Shown: positions 9,916-17,883, counted from the first letter of the stretch. The stretch is 39,654 bases of DNA from Methanobacteriota archaeon (GCA_003229935.1 QIGD01000012.1:1-39654), one strand, 5' to 3'. The notes: generated by a model not told the origin, from the sequence alone. Program-made: numbers and translations.

Positions 9916-11250
9916 TCAATACTCCCATGGAAAAATTGGGTCAAAGTAGTCTGCCAGAAATTTAATATCTATTCTCTCAAAAATTTCACCACAAGTATAT
10001 ATATCATAGTTTTTACTGATAGCTGCCAAAATATGCTTCGGGATACCCTCCTTTACTACGTGTTCAAGACATTTTTCAGCACTGGAAAATTTTCTCGTTA
10101 CATATACTGCCCATCTGTCGTCTTTAATGAATGGCATACACAGTGCCCTTCCACCACTTCTATACTTCTCAAGAAATCTATTTTCATGGACGCTTGCAAC
10201 ACCAGGACCAATGTGAAGCTTTGCTTCAGGTATCTTCAGAGATTCCAGTTCGAACAGTATTGTAATTTCTTTCTCTACATTATAGCTTCCACCCAGCAGA
10301 CTGAATCCGTAAAGCTTCAGTTGTTTCGAGAGATTTTTAAGTGTTTTTTTCACCTGTGGATAGAGTATATCATCAATTACCACGGGTGACTGAAAGCTCA
10401 GAGCAATGATTTCCGAACCTCTTTCTCTAAATTTTACTACAATAGATTCCTTCTCAATCTTCCTTTCTTCGGGAAAAAAGAACCTTTCATCTGGACTTTT
10501 CAAGTATTCTCTGCTGGCATGAATAAAGAGAGCAAGTTTTTGTCTGGATATAGCACTTGCCACATTCCTATTCGTATCTACAGGATCAATGAAAATAAGA
10601 GCATCTCCTATGAATTTTTTCACTTTTTCCTTATCAATATTTCCAAAGTCGAGAACCTCACCGAATTTCATTTTTGAGACATGCTCTATAAGACCTTCAA
10701 AACTACCAAATTTTATTATGAGGAGCTCGCAGAGATAGCCTGAGAAACCTTCAACCCTAGCCTCTGCACCATAAACACCTATACCTCTCAGAAACTGCTT
10801 GAAAAGTCTGACATCATTTTCCTTACCCTCTATTCTTTTTATGACAAAATCATGATGAAAGGGTGTTCTGTCAACTGCACTCAGCATTGAAGAGGGCGAA
10901 CTTATGGCATAACAGGGGACAATTTCTATATCAAAACCCATATAGGCTCCTCGAATATATGGATGTTCAGCATAGTGTTTTTCACTATACTCCAGAACCT
11001 GCCTCCCAATATGTGTTACAATCTCTTCCATCTTAGCTTTTGAATATTCCTCTGGAAAGAAAATAAAGAAGTCAATGTCCTTATCCCTAAGCCATGTATC
11101 CCTTGCCGAGGAGCCCAGAAGCCTTACATAGAGCCTTTCATCATAACCCCTTGCTTTACTCTTTATCTTTTCTCTTAACTCTTCAACCAAAGCTTTTAGC
11201 TGCTGCTTCTCCTCTATGGCTGGCACTATTTTTTTAAGCACCCTATTCAT
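9916..11250 (-). CDS. cca: CCA-adding enzyme (archaeal class I tRNA nucleotidyltransferase)
   Basis: 444 aa. LLGSSARDTWLRDKDIDFFIFF (pol-beta nucleotidyltransferase GS...D.D motif), HPYIRG, RTPFHHDF; archaeal class-I layout. Confidence 0.9.
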   Translation of the reverse strand: MNRVLKKIVPAIEEKQQLKALVEELREKIKSKARGYDERLYVRLLGSSARDTWLRDKDIDFFIFFPEEYSKAKMEEIVTHIGRQVLEYSEKHYAEHPYIRGAYMGFDIEIVPCYAISSPSSMLSAVDRTPFHHDFVIKRIEGKENDVRLFKQFLRGIGVYGAEARVEGFSGYLCELLIIKFGSFEGLIEHVSKMKFGEVLDFGNIDKEKVKKFIGDALIFIDPVDTNRNVASAISRQKLALFIHASREYLKSPDERFFFPEERKIEKESIVVKFRERGSEIIALSFQSPVVIDDILYPQVKKTLKNLSKQLKLYGFSLLGGSYNVEKEITILFELESLKIPEAKLHIGPGVASVHENRFLEKYRSGGRALCMPFIKDDRWAVYVTRKFSSAEKCLEHVVKEGIPKHILAAISKNYDIYTCGEIFERIDIKFLADYFDPIFPWEY

Positions 11251-11380
11251 GGGCTTATATGTTTCTTCAAAGATTAAAAGTTTAACCCATGGATGAGTAA
11301 TACAGCCAACATCCGCTCACCATCATAATAGCATTGTGTGGTGAAATACCAGATTTTATAAATCAGATTACTCTTGTTAC

Positions 11381-11394
11381 TTTACATATGTAAA
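11381..11394. promoter_or_regulatory. Perfect 14-bp palindrome TTTACATATGTAAA plus extra GTTTAC half-site (11401-11406) between a TATA-like box and the regulator gene start
   Basis: Read directly. TTTTATAAAT at ~11354-11363, palindrome 11381-11394, ATG at 11418. This geometry is typical of an archaeal repressor operator overlapping the transcription start. Confidence 0.35.
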
Positions 11395-11417
11395 CATAAA
11401 GTTTACAAAGGTAAAGT

Positions 11418-11873
11418 ATGGTGACACAAAAACAGGTTTCAATTCTGAGGAGGCTATACAGGCATGCAAGAAGCCTCAAAGTTTACTCTACCACTCTCAA
11501 GCAGGAGGCTCTTGCCAGAGAGCTTGGCATAAGCAGGCAGGCACTCAGTTCTCATTTAAGAGAACTCAGAGAGCAGGGATATCTGCGCACAGGCAGGGGC
11601 TTTATAGATATAACAGATAAGGCTCTTGTAGAGATTGGCAAGGCTGGAGACGAAGCCTTTGTTCTAATCAGAGTTAAACCGTCCTCACGGGAGAAAATCT
11701 TTGAAGAAATTAAAAAGTTGAATTCAGAGAGGATGTATAGAGTTACAGGAAGTTTTGATATTATTACAGTGGTGGATGTTGAAAAGCTTAAAGAATTTCT
11801 CGATGGAGTTGAAAGACAGGAAGGTATAGAGGTTATCTCCTCACATGTTGTTATAGAAATGCATCAGGTGTGA
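11418..11873 (+). CDS. HTH transcriptional regulator with C-terminal Lrp/AsnC-type (RAM-like) domain
   Basis: 151 aa. LKQEALARELGISRQALSSHLRELREQGYL is a winged-HTH; the C-terminal half (AFVLIRVKP...VTGSFDIITVV) is an alpha-beta sandwich pattern. Its stop overlaps the start of the next gene. Confidence 0.6.
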   Translation: MVTQKQVSILRRLYRHARSLKVYSTTLKQEALARELGISRQALSSHLRELREQGYLRTGRGFIDITDKALVEIGKAGDEAFVLIRVKPSSREKIFEEIKKLNSERMYRVTGSFDIITVVDVEKLKEFLDGVERQEGIEVISSHVVIEMHQV

Positions 11874-12175
11874 TTATGGGAAAGATAACTATAAATGAAA
11901 AGTACTGCAAGGGATGCAACATATGTATAGAGTACTGCCCAATGAAAATCTTTGAACAGGGTGAGGAACCAAACCAGAGAGGTTACTTCGTGCCGGAAAT
12001 TGTTCACCAGAAAAGATGCACAAAACTTATGGTAAGCAAGCATCTAAAAAGGAATGTGTGTGGCCTATGTCAGGAGATGTGCCCTGACTTTGCCATTGAG
12101 ATTGATATATATGCCGAGGAGGATAACAATACATGCCAATCACTCACTGCTAAAGCAAGGGGGCTTGTTCCATGA
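11870..12175 (+). CDS. 2-oxoacid:ferredoxin oxidoreductase delta subunit (2x[4Fe-4S] ferredoxin); 3' end replaced by repeat DNA
   Basis: CKGCNICIEYCP and C-x14-CGLCQEMCPDFAIEI motifs. The likely real start is ATG 11876. The last ~12 codons (QSLTAKARGLVP*) are read out of the family-B repeat that begins at ~12137. Confidence 0.7.
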   Translation: MIMGKITINEKYCKGCNICIEYCPMKIFEQGEEPNQRGYFVPEIVHQKRCTKLMVSKHLKRNVCGLCQEMCPDFAIEIDIYAEEDNNTCQSLTAKARGLVP

Positions 12176-12486
12176 GGTATAAGGATAACAGGTTGATTAG
12201 GAGACATTGAAAGATGCAGAAGTTATTGGTAGAGTTAAAGAACACATCAGGGGATGCTCCTCAAGTCCCCTGTTCTGTAAGTGGAGCATTAAACAGAGAC
12301 AAAAGTCTCAGTGTGCCCTACATAGTACTGGCTGATAACAGCTCCGATGAGGACATACACTCTGGCAAGAGTAGACAGGACTTGAAAGTTCCTGTGTTAA
12401 ACATGCATAAGAGACCAATATTTAAAAAGATGTGAAAAGGGGAATTCTTCCCACCTCTGAAAGAGGTGGGTTTCTTTGCCCAGATT
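12137..12486 (+). repeat. Family-B structured repeat, full copy 1
   Basis: Aligns end to end with 23116-23547. Shared parts are the 5' CAATCAYYCACKGCTAAAGCA, TAACAGGTTGATTAGGAG, ~200 nt of body, and a terminal hairpin (12450-12470) plus TTTCTTTGCCCAGATT tail. Confidence 0.7.
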
Positions 12487-12755
12487 ATCATGAGTTAGCA
12501 CTAACAAGAATGAATAACAGAAATTCGCAACCCAATAGAAAAGGTTTCAAACCTTCTATAAGAAGAAAGAGGTATAGGTTACAACCAAATGATTCAGTAA
12601 AATATATTAAATCTCTATGTAAAGTAAAAGGTGTCATTCTTATGGGAAATATGTGGTCTTAGAAGATAAAATAGGGGAAATCTTAGATATTAATGTTAAG
12701 ACAGCGGAGTTATTAAAATATGGGAAAGGAATACAATTTTAAAAGAGGTGAAATA

Positions 12756-12805
12756 GGGCAATCTCTCCATTCTCTTAATAGAGATGGGTTCATTGCTCAA
12801 ATATT
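12756..12805 (+). repeat. Extra family-B terminal hairpin module abutting the alpha-subunit start codon
   Basis: GGGCAATCTCTCCATTCTCTTAATAGAGATGGGTTCATTGCTCAAATATT is colinear with the 3' ends of copies 1 and 2. The stem (12767-12775 / 12780-12787) is kept by paired substitutions. Confidence 0.55.
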
Positions 12806-13924
12806 ATGAAGGGCAAGCTGTTTCTTCAGGGTAATATTGCATGTGCTGAAGGCGCCATTGCCGCAGGAATGCGTTTTTTTGCAGGCTATCCCATAACACC
12901 GAGCACTGAAGTGGCTGAATGGCTGGCAAAGAGACTTCCAAAGCTCAATTGTATTTACCAGCAGATGGAGGATGAAATAGCCAGTATTTCAGCAATAATA
13001 GGGGCAAGATGGGCTGGAACCAAATCTATGACTGCCACATCTGGCCCTGGGTTTTCACTTATGATGGAAAACCTTGGCTATGCTGCAATGACTGAAACCC
13101 CCATAGTAGTTGTGAATGTGCAGAGAAGCGGTCCAAGTACAGGGCAGCCAACCCTGACAGCCTCCGGTGATATTCTCCAAGCTATGCATGGTTCTCATGG
13201 TGACTATGAGGTTATACTACTCTCTCCTAACTCTGTCCAGGAGATGTTTGACCTGACTGTCGAGGCATTCAACCTAAGTGAGCGCTATAGAGTACCTGTG
13301 CTCCTTATGAGTGACGAGGTTGTAGGACACATGCGTGAAAATGTTTATCTGCCTGAGAAGGTTGAGAGCTATGACGCACCGCTCAGTGAAAAAGGTATTG
13401 ACTACTTTAAAGCTGACCCTGAGACCCTTGTACCAGAAATGCAAGTTTTTGGGAAAGGCTACAATGTACATGTCACAGGTTTAACACATGACGAAAGAGG
13501 TTATCCAAATACAAACGAGCAGGACGTTCATTCAAAGCTTGTTAGAAGATTATGTAAGAAAATTATAGACAATGCTGAGGAAATTGTGAATTATGAACTT
13601 AGCTATGGTGAAGATGCCGATGCTATAGTTATAGTCTATGGCGCTGTTTCAAGGTCTGCTATGGAAACTGTTCTGAAGCTGAGAAAGAAAGGAAGAAAAG
13701 TTGGTCTTCTTAGGCTTATAACTCTCAATCCTCTACCAGAGAAGCTTATAAGAAAGCTCACACGTCACGCAATACCCATAGTTATTGAGATGAATCTTGG
13801 GCAGATAAAGAAAGAGATTGAAAGAATTTCTAAAAGAAAGATTTACTTCTATGGGAAAATAGGTGGTGAACTTCCTTCTCCAGAGGAGATTGAAGAATTT
13901 ATGATGAGAGTGATGAAATGGTAG
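12806..13924 (+). CDS. 2-oxoacid:ferredoxin oxidoreductase alpha subunit (Kor/Vor/Por family; substrate not assignable from sequence)
   Basis: 372 aa. LQGNIACAEGAIAAGMRFFAGYPITPSTE and TATSGPGFSLMMENLGYA are typical alpha-subunit blocks. Confidence 0.9.
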   Translation: MKGKLFLQGNIACAEGAIAAGMRFFAGYPITPSTEVAEWLAKRLPKLNCIYQQMEDEIASISAIIGARWAGTKSMTATSGPGFSLMMENLGYAAMTETPIVVVNVQRSGPSTGQPTLTASGDILQAMHGSHGDYEVILLSPNSVQEMFDLTVEAFNLSERYRVPVLLMSDEVVGHMRENVYLPEKVESYDAPLSEKGIDYFKADPETLVPEMQVFGKGYNVHVTGLTHDERGYPNTNEQDVHSKLVRRLCKKIIDNAEEIVNYELSYGEDADAIVIVYGAVSRSAMETVLKLRKKGRKVGLLRLITLNPLPEKLIRKLTRHAIPIVIEMNLGQIKKEIERISKRKIYFYGKIGGELPSPEEIEEFMMRVMKW

Positions 13925-14904
13925 TCCACCCTTCTATTACTTTTCTTAGAGAAGAAAGACTTCCACATATTCTATGTGAAGGCTGTGGAATAGGTACAAT
14001 AGTCAATGCTCTCCTCGAGGCAATATCAGAGCTTGAAGTGGATAGAGAGAAGCTTGTTTTTGTCTCGGGTATAGGCTGCTCCTCAAGAGTTCCTGGATAT
14101 CTGAAGTTTGATTCACTGCACACCACCCATGGAAGAGCACTTGCCTTTGCCACCGGTTTAAAGCTGGCAAATCCCGAGCTTGAAGTTATTGTTATAACAG
14201 GTGATGGCGATATGGCAAGTATAGGTGGAAATCACTTTCTCCATGCTGCAAGGCGCAATATAGACATTTTAACCATCTGTGTAAATAATCATACCTATGG
14301 TATGACAGGTGGCCAGGCATCACCGACAACACCAAGAAAATGGAAAAGCACCACCACACCTTATGGAGCTATTGAACCGCCTATGGATATATCAAAAGTT
14401 GCAGAGGCTGCAGGAGCAAACTATGTGGCAAGGTGGAGTACCGCATCACCCCTGCAGATTAAAGAAGCTATAAATAAGGCTTTCCAGAAGGAGGGCTTTC
14501 GCCTTGTTGAGGTTTTATCTCAGTGTCCAACTGCCTTTGGCAGGAGAAATAAGCTCAGGACTGCTATTGATATGCTAAAATGGTATAAAGACCATACAAT
14601 TTCAATTGAAAAAGCAGAGAAACTTGGAGAGAAGGGTGAAGACCTCTCAGCTTTTGTTGTGGTGGGAGAGCTGGTTGACAGGAACGAACCTGGGCTGTGC
14701 CGACTCTATGGTCTTACTGAGAAAAAGGAAGAAGAGGAGAAAAAAATAGAGAAAAGGATGAAGAAGAGAGATGGAATAAAGATTGATAAAGAAAAAATTC
14801 TCCGGCTACTGGAGAAACTATCCTCACCCAGAGTTAGAGCTCTGATGGAGGAGGGAGAGATAGAAAAGGCGGAAAATCTCTTAAAGGGGGAAGATGAAAA
14901 ATGA
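13918..14904 (+). CDS. 2-oxoacid:ferredoxin oxidoreductase beta subunit (TPP-binding) with ~60-aa charged C-terminal tail
   Basis: CEGCGIGT, GIGCSSRVPGY and the TPP motif GDGDMASIGGNHFLHAARRN. Overlaps alpha by 7 nt and gamma by 4 nt. Confidence 0.9.
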   Translation: MVVHPSITFLREERLPHILCEGCGIGTIVNALLEAISELEVDREKLVFVSGIGCSSRVPGYLKFDSLHTTHGRALAFATGLKLANPELEVIVITGDGDMASIGGNHFLHAARRNIDILTICVNNHTYGMTGGQASPTTPRKWKSTTTPYGAIEPPMDISKVAEAAGANYVARWSTASPLQIKEAINKAFQKEGFRLVEVLSQCPTAFGRRNKLRTAIDMLKWYKDHTISIEKAEKLGEKGEDLSAFVVVGELVDRNEPGLCRLYGLTEKKEEEEKKIEKRMKKRDGIKIDKEKILRLLEKLSSPRVRALMEEGEIEKAENLLKGEDEK

Positions 14905-15464
14905 GGAGAGAAATACGCTTTGGTGGCTTTGGTGGTCAGGGTATTGTCACAGCAGGTATAATTCTTGCAAGGGCTGCAGCTCTCTATGAAAATATGAATG
15001 CACTCCAAACTCAGAGTTATGGTCCAGAAGCCAGAGGAGGCGCCTCGAAGTCTGAAGTGATTATAAGCGATAGCGAGATTTACTACCCCAAAGTTAAGAA
15101 ACCTGAGATTTTTGTATGTATGAGTCAGCAGGCTTTAGAGAAGTATTTTAAGGACTTCTCTGGTATTCTCATATATGATAGCTCTCTTATCAAAAATGTA
15201 TCCATGGAAGTAAAAGCCTATAGTATTCCTGCCACAATGCTTGCAATGAAGAAACTTGGTAAAACAATATTTGCAAATATTATAATGCTTGGTGCCCTTG
15301 TAGAAACAACTAAAATTATAGGCAGAGAAGCCCTGAAGAGCGCAGTCCTTGAAAGTGTACCCAGAGGCACTGAGGATTTGAATATGAAGGCATTGAAAAT
15401 AGGGTTTGAAGAAGGTAAAAAAGCTCTGGAGATTAAAAACGGAAATTCTCGAAAAGATTGCTGA
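14901..15464 (+). CDS. 2-oxoacid:ferredoxin oxidoreductase gamma subunit
   Basis: 187 aa. IRFGGFGGQGIVTAGIILARAA...SYGPEARGGASKSEVIIS is the gamma-subunit signature. Confidence 0.88.
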   Translation: MRREIRFGGFGGQGIVTAGIILARAAALYENMNALQTQSYGPEARGGASKSEVIISDSEIYYPKVKKPEIFVCMSQQALEKYFKDFSGILIYDSSLIKNVSMEVKAYSIPATMLAMKKLGKTIFANIIMLGALVETTKIIGREALKSAVLESVPRGTEDLNMKALKIGFEEGKKALEIKNGNSRKDC

Positions 15465-15476
15465 TAAACGTGAGAC

Positions 15477-15622
15477 CTGACATAACCCCACGACTTTAGA
15501 GGCTGTCCGACAATTACTCTCAGTTATATAAAGACTGCTTATTTTAGACAATAAAGGCTAAATTTAGCTTATTTCCCGTAGTATTTTTCGGGACAGCCTC
15601 TTTAGTAGTGGGAGTATGTCAG
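15477..15622. mobile_element. 146-bp palindromic MITE of family A (left end + right end, no coding capacity)
   Basis: 32-nt terminal inverted repeats CTGACATAACCCCACGACTTTAGAGGCTGTCC / GGACAGCCTCTTTAGTAGTGGGAGTATGTCAG match at 27/32 by hand count. The right ~70 nt are nearly identical to the RE after the tnpB remnant (3596-3670). No target duplication visible. Confidence 0.8.
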
Positions 15623-15628
15623 TGCCGT

Positions 15629-16243
15629 TCATTTGGCTTTCACTATGAAACCTCTAGCGATAATATATATTTCAGCACTTCTACTCCTGCTTGCCTTAGG
15701 CTTTGAAGATTTCACATAACGAAATCTTTTATTTACTTCTGCTCTTAAATCTTCTATACTCTCACCCTGAAAAACTTTAAATAGGAGGTTCCCACCAGGC
15801 CTCAAAAGTTTATCTGATATTCCAATTACATTCTCACACAGTTCAATACTTTTAAAGTGGTCTATGTTCCATACTCCTGAAATATCTGGGGATGCATCAC
15901 TTATAACAACATCAGCAATAGGAACAATCCTCTTTATTTCTTCTATCGTATCCTCCCTTGTGAAATCACCCTGAATCTCTGTGACATTTTCACATCTAAG
16001 AGATTTCATACGACTAATATCAACAGCAACAATCTTACCTTCTTCACCAACAATCTCCCTTGCTACCTGAGTCCAGCCTCCTGGTGCAGAACCCAGCTCC
16101 ACAACATTGTAACCCTTCTTAATAATTCTAAACTTTTTGTTGAGCTGCTTTAATTTGTAGCTTGCTCTTGAACGGTATTCTTCATCCTTTGCCTTTTTGT
16201 AATAGTAATCTCTTTTCTTGTCTCTCATCCAGCGTTTTCCCAT
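15629..16243 (-). CDS. rlmE: 23S rRNA 2'-O-ribose methyltransferase RlmE/FtsJ
   Basis: 204 aa. YRSRASYKLKQLNKKF, VVELGSAPGGWTQV, VISDASPDISG. Confidence 0.88.
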   Translation of the reverse strand: MGKRWMRDKKRDYYYKKAKDEEYRSRASYKLKQLNKKFRIIKKGYNVVELGSAPGGWTQVAREIVGEEGKIVAVDISRMKSLRCENVTEIQGDFTREDTIEEIKRIVPIADVVISDASPDISGVWNIDHFKSIELCENVIGISDKLLRPGGNLLFKVFQGESIEDLRAEVNKRFRYVKSSKPKASRSRSAEIYIIARGFIVKAK

Positions 16244-16300
16244 GACGTTTTACAGAAAAGTACCTTTAACTATATTTTTTATGACAAACATAGCGGAAAA

Positions 16301-16601
16301 CCAACGACTTTAGCCGTTGGATGAATGCGATAATATAATTAAATATCTCTAATTTATTTTTAATTGTATAATTAATCTTAAATTTTAATTTAATGATAAA
16401 AACAAATACAAAGTTTATATCCTTCTAAAAACAACAAGGATATTATGAATAAGATAGACACGTTAATGCTGCCATAAATATATTACACAGAGTATTGAAA
16501 AAAGTAGGGTTGGGATACATCGATTTGATGCCTGTTCGAGGTCTAGCACAAGATACATCTATGGCTCAGAAAGCCCATGATTTTAGTCGTGGGTAGTTCA
16601 C
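16301..16601. repeat. Family-A hairpin pair bracketing ~250 nt of very AT-rich DNA
   Basis: CCAACGACTTTAGCCGTTGG (16301-16320) and CCCATGATTTTAGTCGTGGGTAGTTCAC (16574-16601). The latter is the reverse complement of the 3182-type end. Confidence 0.5.
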
Positions 16602-16631
16602 GTTAAAGTGTTAATTAATAATGGATATAAT

Positions 16632-17468
16632 ATGGAAGAAAAGCTTATTCATATGGGATGTATGATTTACAATAGATTTCCAGACTACGAAATATCAGCA
16701 AAGGCTGTACTCGGAGCTATTGGAATTAAAGCAAAAGATATGCATAACTTTGCCTGTTGTTCCTCAACAATAGTCCCCAGCTTCAGTGATGAGTGGATTT
16801 ATCTTGCTTCATACAATCTGGCTCTGGCTGAAAAGGAAGGTTTAAATATTGTTACTCTGTGTGGTACCTGCACAGCAACTTTCAAGAGAGCAAACTATGA
16901 ACTTGTAAGGGATGAGTCTCTTCTAAAAAAGGTTAACTCCCGCCTTGAAGAGGTTGGCTTAAGCTACAGCGGAAAGACAGAGGTTAAGCATATTCTTGAA
17001 GTTCTTGTTGAGAAACTTGATGAGCTTAAAGCTGTTATTAAAAACAGGCTCGACCTCAGGGTTGCTCTTCAGCATCCATGCAATGTTTTCAGACCAGATT
17101 ATATAGCAAAGTTTGACAACCCTCTTGAACCTGAGGCTATGAGGAAGATTCTCAGACTTACAGGAGTAGAGATTGTTGATTACCATGAAGAATATCAGTG
17201 CTGTGGCTCAACCATAACAATGGTGGATGAAAGTCTCGGGGCACGGGCAGGAGCAGAGAAGCTTATATCTGCCAATAAAGCAGGTGCAGAGTTCATATGC
17301 GTGGCATGTGGCAACTGTGCCTTTCTATTCGATAAGAAGCTGGATGAAATAAAAAAGGTTGAACCAGAGGTAAATATAAAAACTATTTTTATAACCCAGA
17401 TTCTTGCCCTTGCTCTTAGAATTGAGAATAAAGCAGCCCTGGATATAAGAGGTGTCGAAGTTGAATGA
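16632..17468 (+). CDS. hdrB: Heterodisulfide reductase subunit B-like protein (two CCG domains)
   Basis: Two cysteine-rich CCG-type motifs (FACCSS...LCGTC; QCCGST...VACGNC). ATG 16632 is preferred over the track GTG 16608, which lies against the repeat. Confidence 0.78.
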   Translation: MEEKLIHMGCMIYNRFPDYEISAKAVLGAIGIKAKDMHNFACCSSTIVPSFSDEWIYLASYNLALAEKEGLNIVTLCGTCTATFKRANYELVRDESLLKKVNSRLEEVGLSYSGKTEVKHILEVLVEKLDELKAVIKNRLDLRVALQHPCNVFRPDYIAKFDNPLEPEAMRKILRLTGVEIVDYHEEYQCCGSTITMVDESLGARAGAEKLISANKAGAEFICVACGNCAFLFDKKLDEIKKVEPEVNIKTIFITQILALALRIENKAALDIRGVEVE

Positions 17469-17841
17469 ACTCCCTCCAAACTGCCTCAAATGTGGAAAGT
17501 GCAAAGAAATGTGTATAGTCGAGAAGCTCAGGCACGAGGTTAAATTTTCTGTTCTAGAGCGGAAAAATAGCTTTCTCTGTGCTTCCTGCTGGAGATGTAT
17601 GGAAGTATGCCCTGCAGGTATTGATATCTACAATTTAATGATGGAAGCCAGAAGAAACAAACAGCTACCGGAGAGCTTCGAAATGAGTATAAAGAATATT
17701 CTCGATACTGGCTACTCAATGCCCATGCATGGCATAGCTTCAATTAGAGAAATGTATGGCCTTGCTCCACTGGAACATCCTTCAAGCAAGATTATATGTA
17801 CACTTCTGAAAGAAGTTAAAGACAGGCTGAAGAAGGCTTAA
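17452..17841 (+). CDS. hdrC: Heterodisulfide reductase subunit C-like ferredoxin
   Basis: 129 aa. CLKCGKCKEMC and CASCWRCMEVCP cluster motifs. GTG start overlaps hdrB. Order is B then C, and no hdrA is in the window. Confidence 0.7.
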   Translation: MSKLNELPPNCLKCGKCKEMCIVEKLRHEVKFSVLERKNSFLCASCWRCMEVCPAGIDIYNLMMEARRNKQLPESFEMSIKNILDTGYSMPMHGIASIREMYGLAPLEHPSSKIICTLLKEVKDRLKKA

Positions 17842-17883
17842 CCTGATATAACAGGGGAAATCATAGTATCCAGAAAGGTGTAG

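Noticed and set aside
12214-12435. ORFs MQKLLVELKNTS.. (12214-12435) and MQKLLVEFKNTS.. (23194-23544) as a conserved small-protein gene
   Set aside because: Substitutions between the two copies are spread 13/5/13 over codon positions, with mostly non-synonymous changes and different stop positions. The conservation is at nucleotide and structure level, so I treat them as non-coding parts of the family-B repeat.
12137-12486. Family-B repeat as an ORF-less group II intron
   Set aside because: There is no GUGYG 5' end. The GAAA-containing terminal hairpin is only 7-8 bp without the bulged domain-V architecture or the AGC triad, and the length is far too short.
12432-12662. 76-aa ORF inside the delta-alpha spacer
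   Set aside because: It starts inside the repeat hairpin region, has a basic low-complexity composition, no ribosome-binding site and no recognisable motif. Likely spurious.
16321-16573. AT-rich stretch flanked by inverted hairpins as a replication origin (oriC with ORB boxes)
   Set aside because: The flanking repeats belong to the dispersed family-A transposon ends and are not ORB-like (no TTCCAGTGGAAA-type box). No orc1/cdc6 gene is adjacent. More simply, it is a divergent promoter region invaded by repeat ends.
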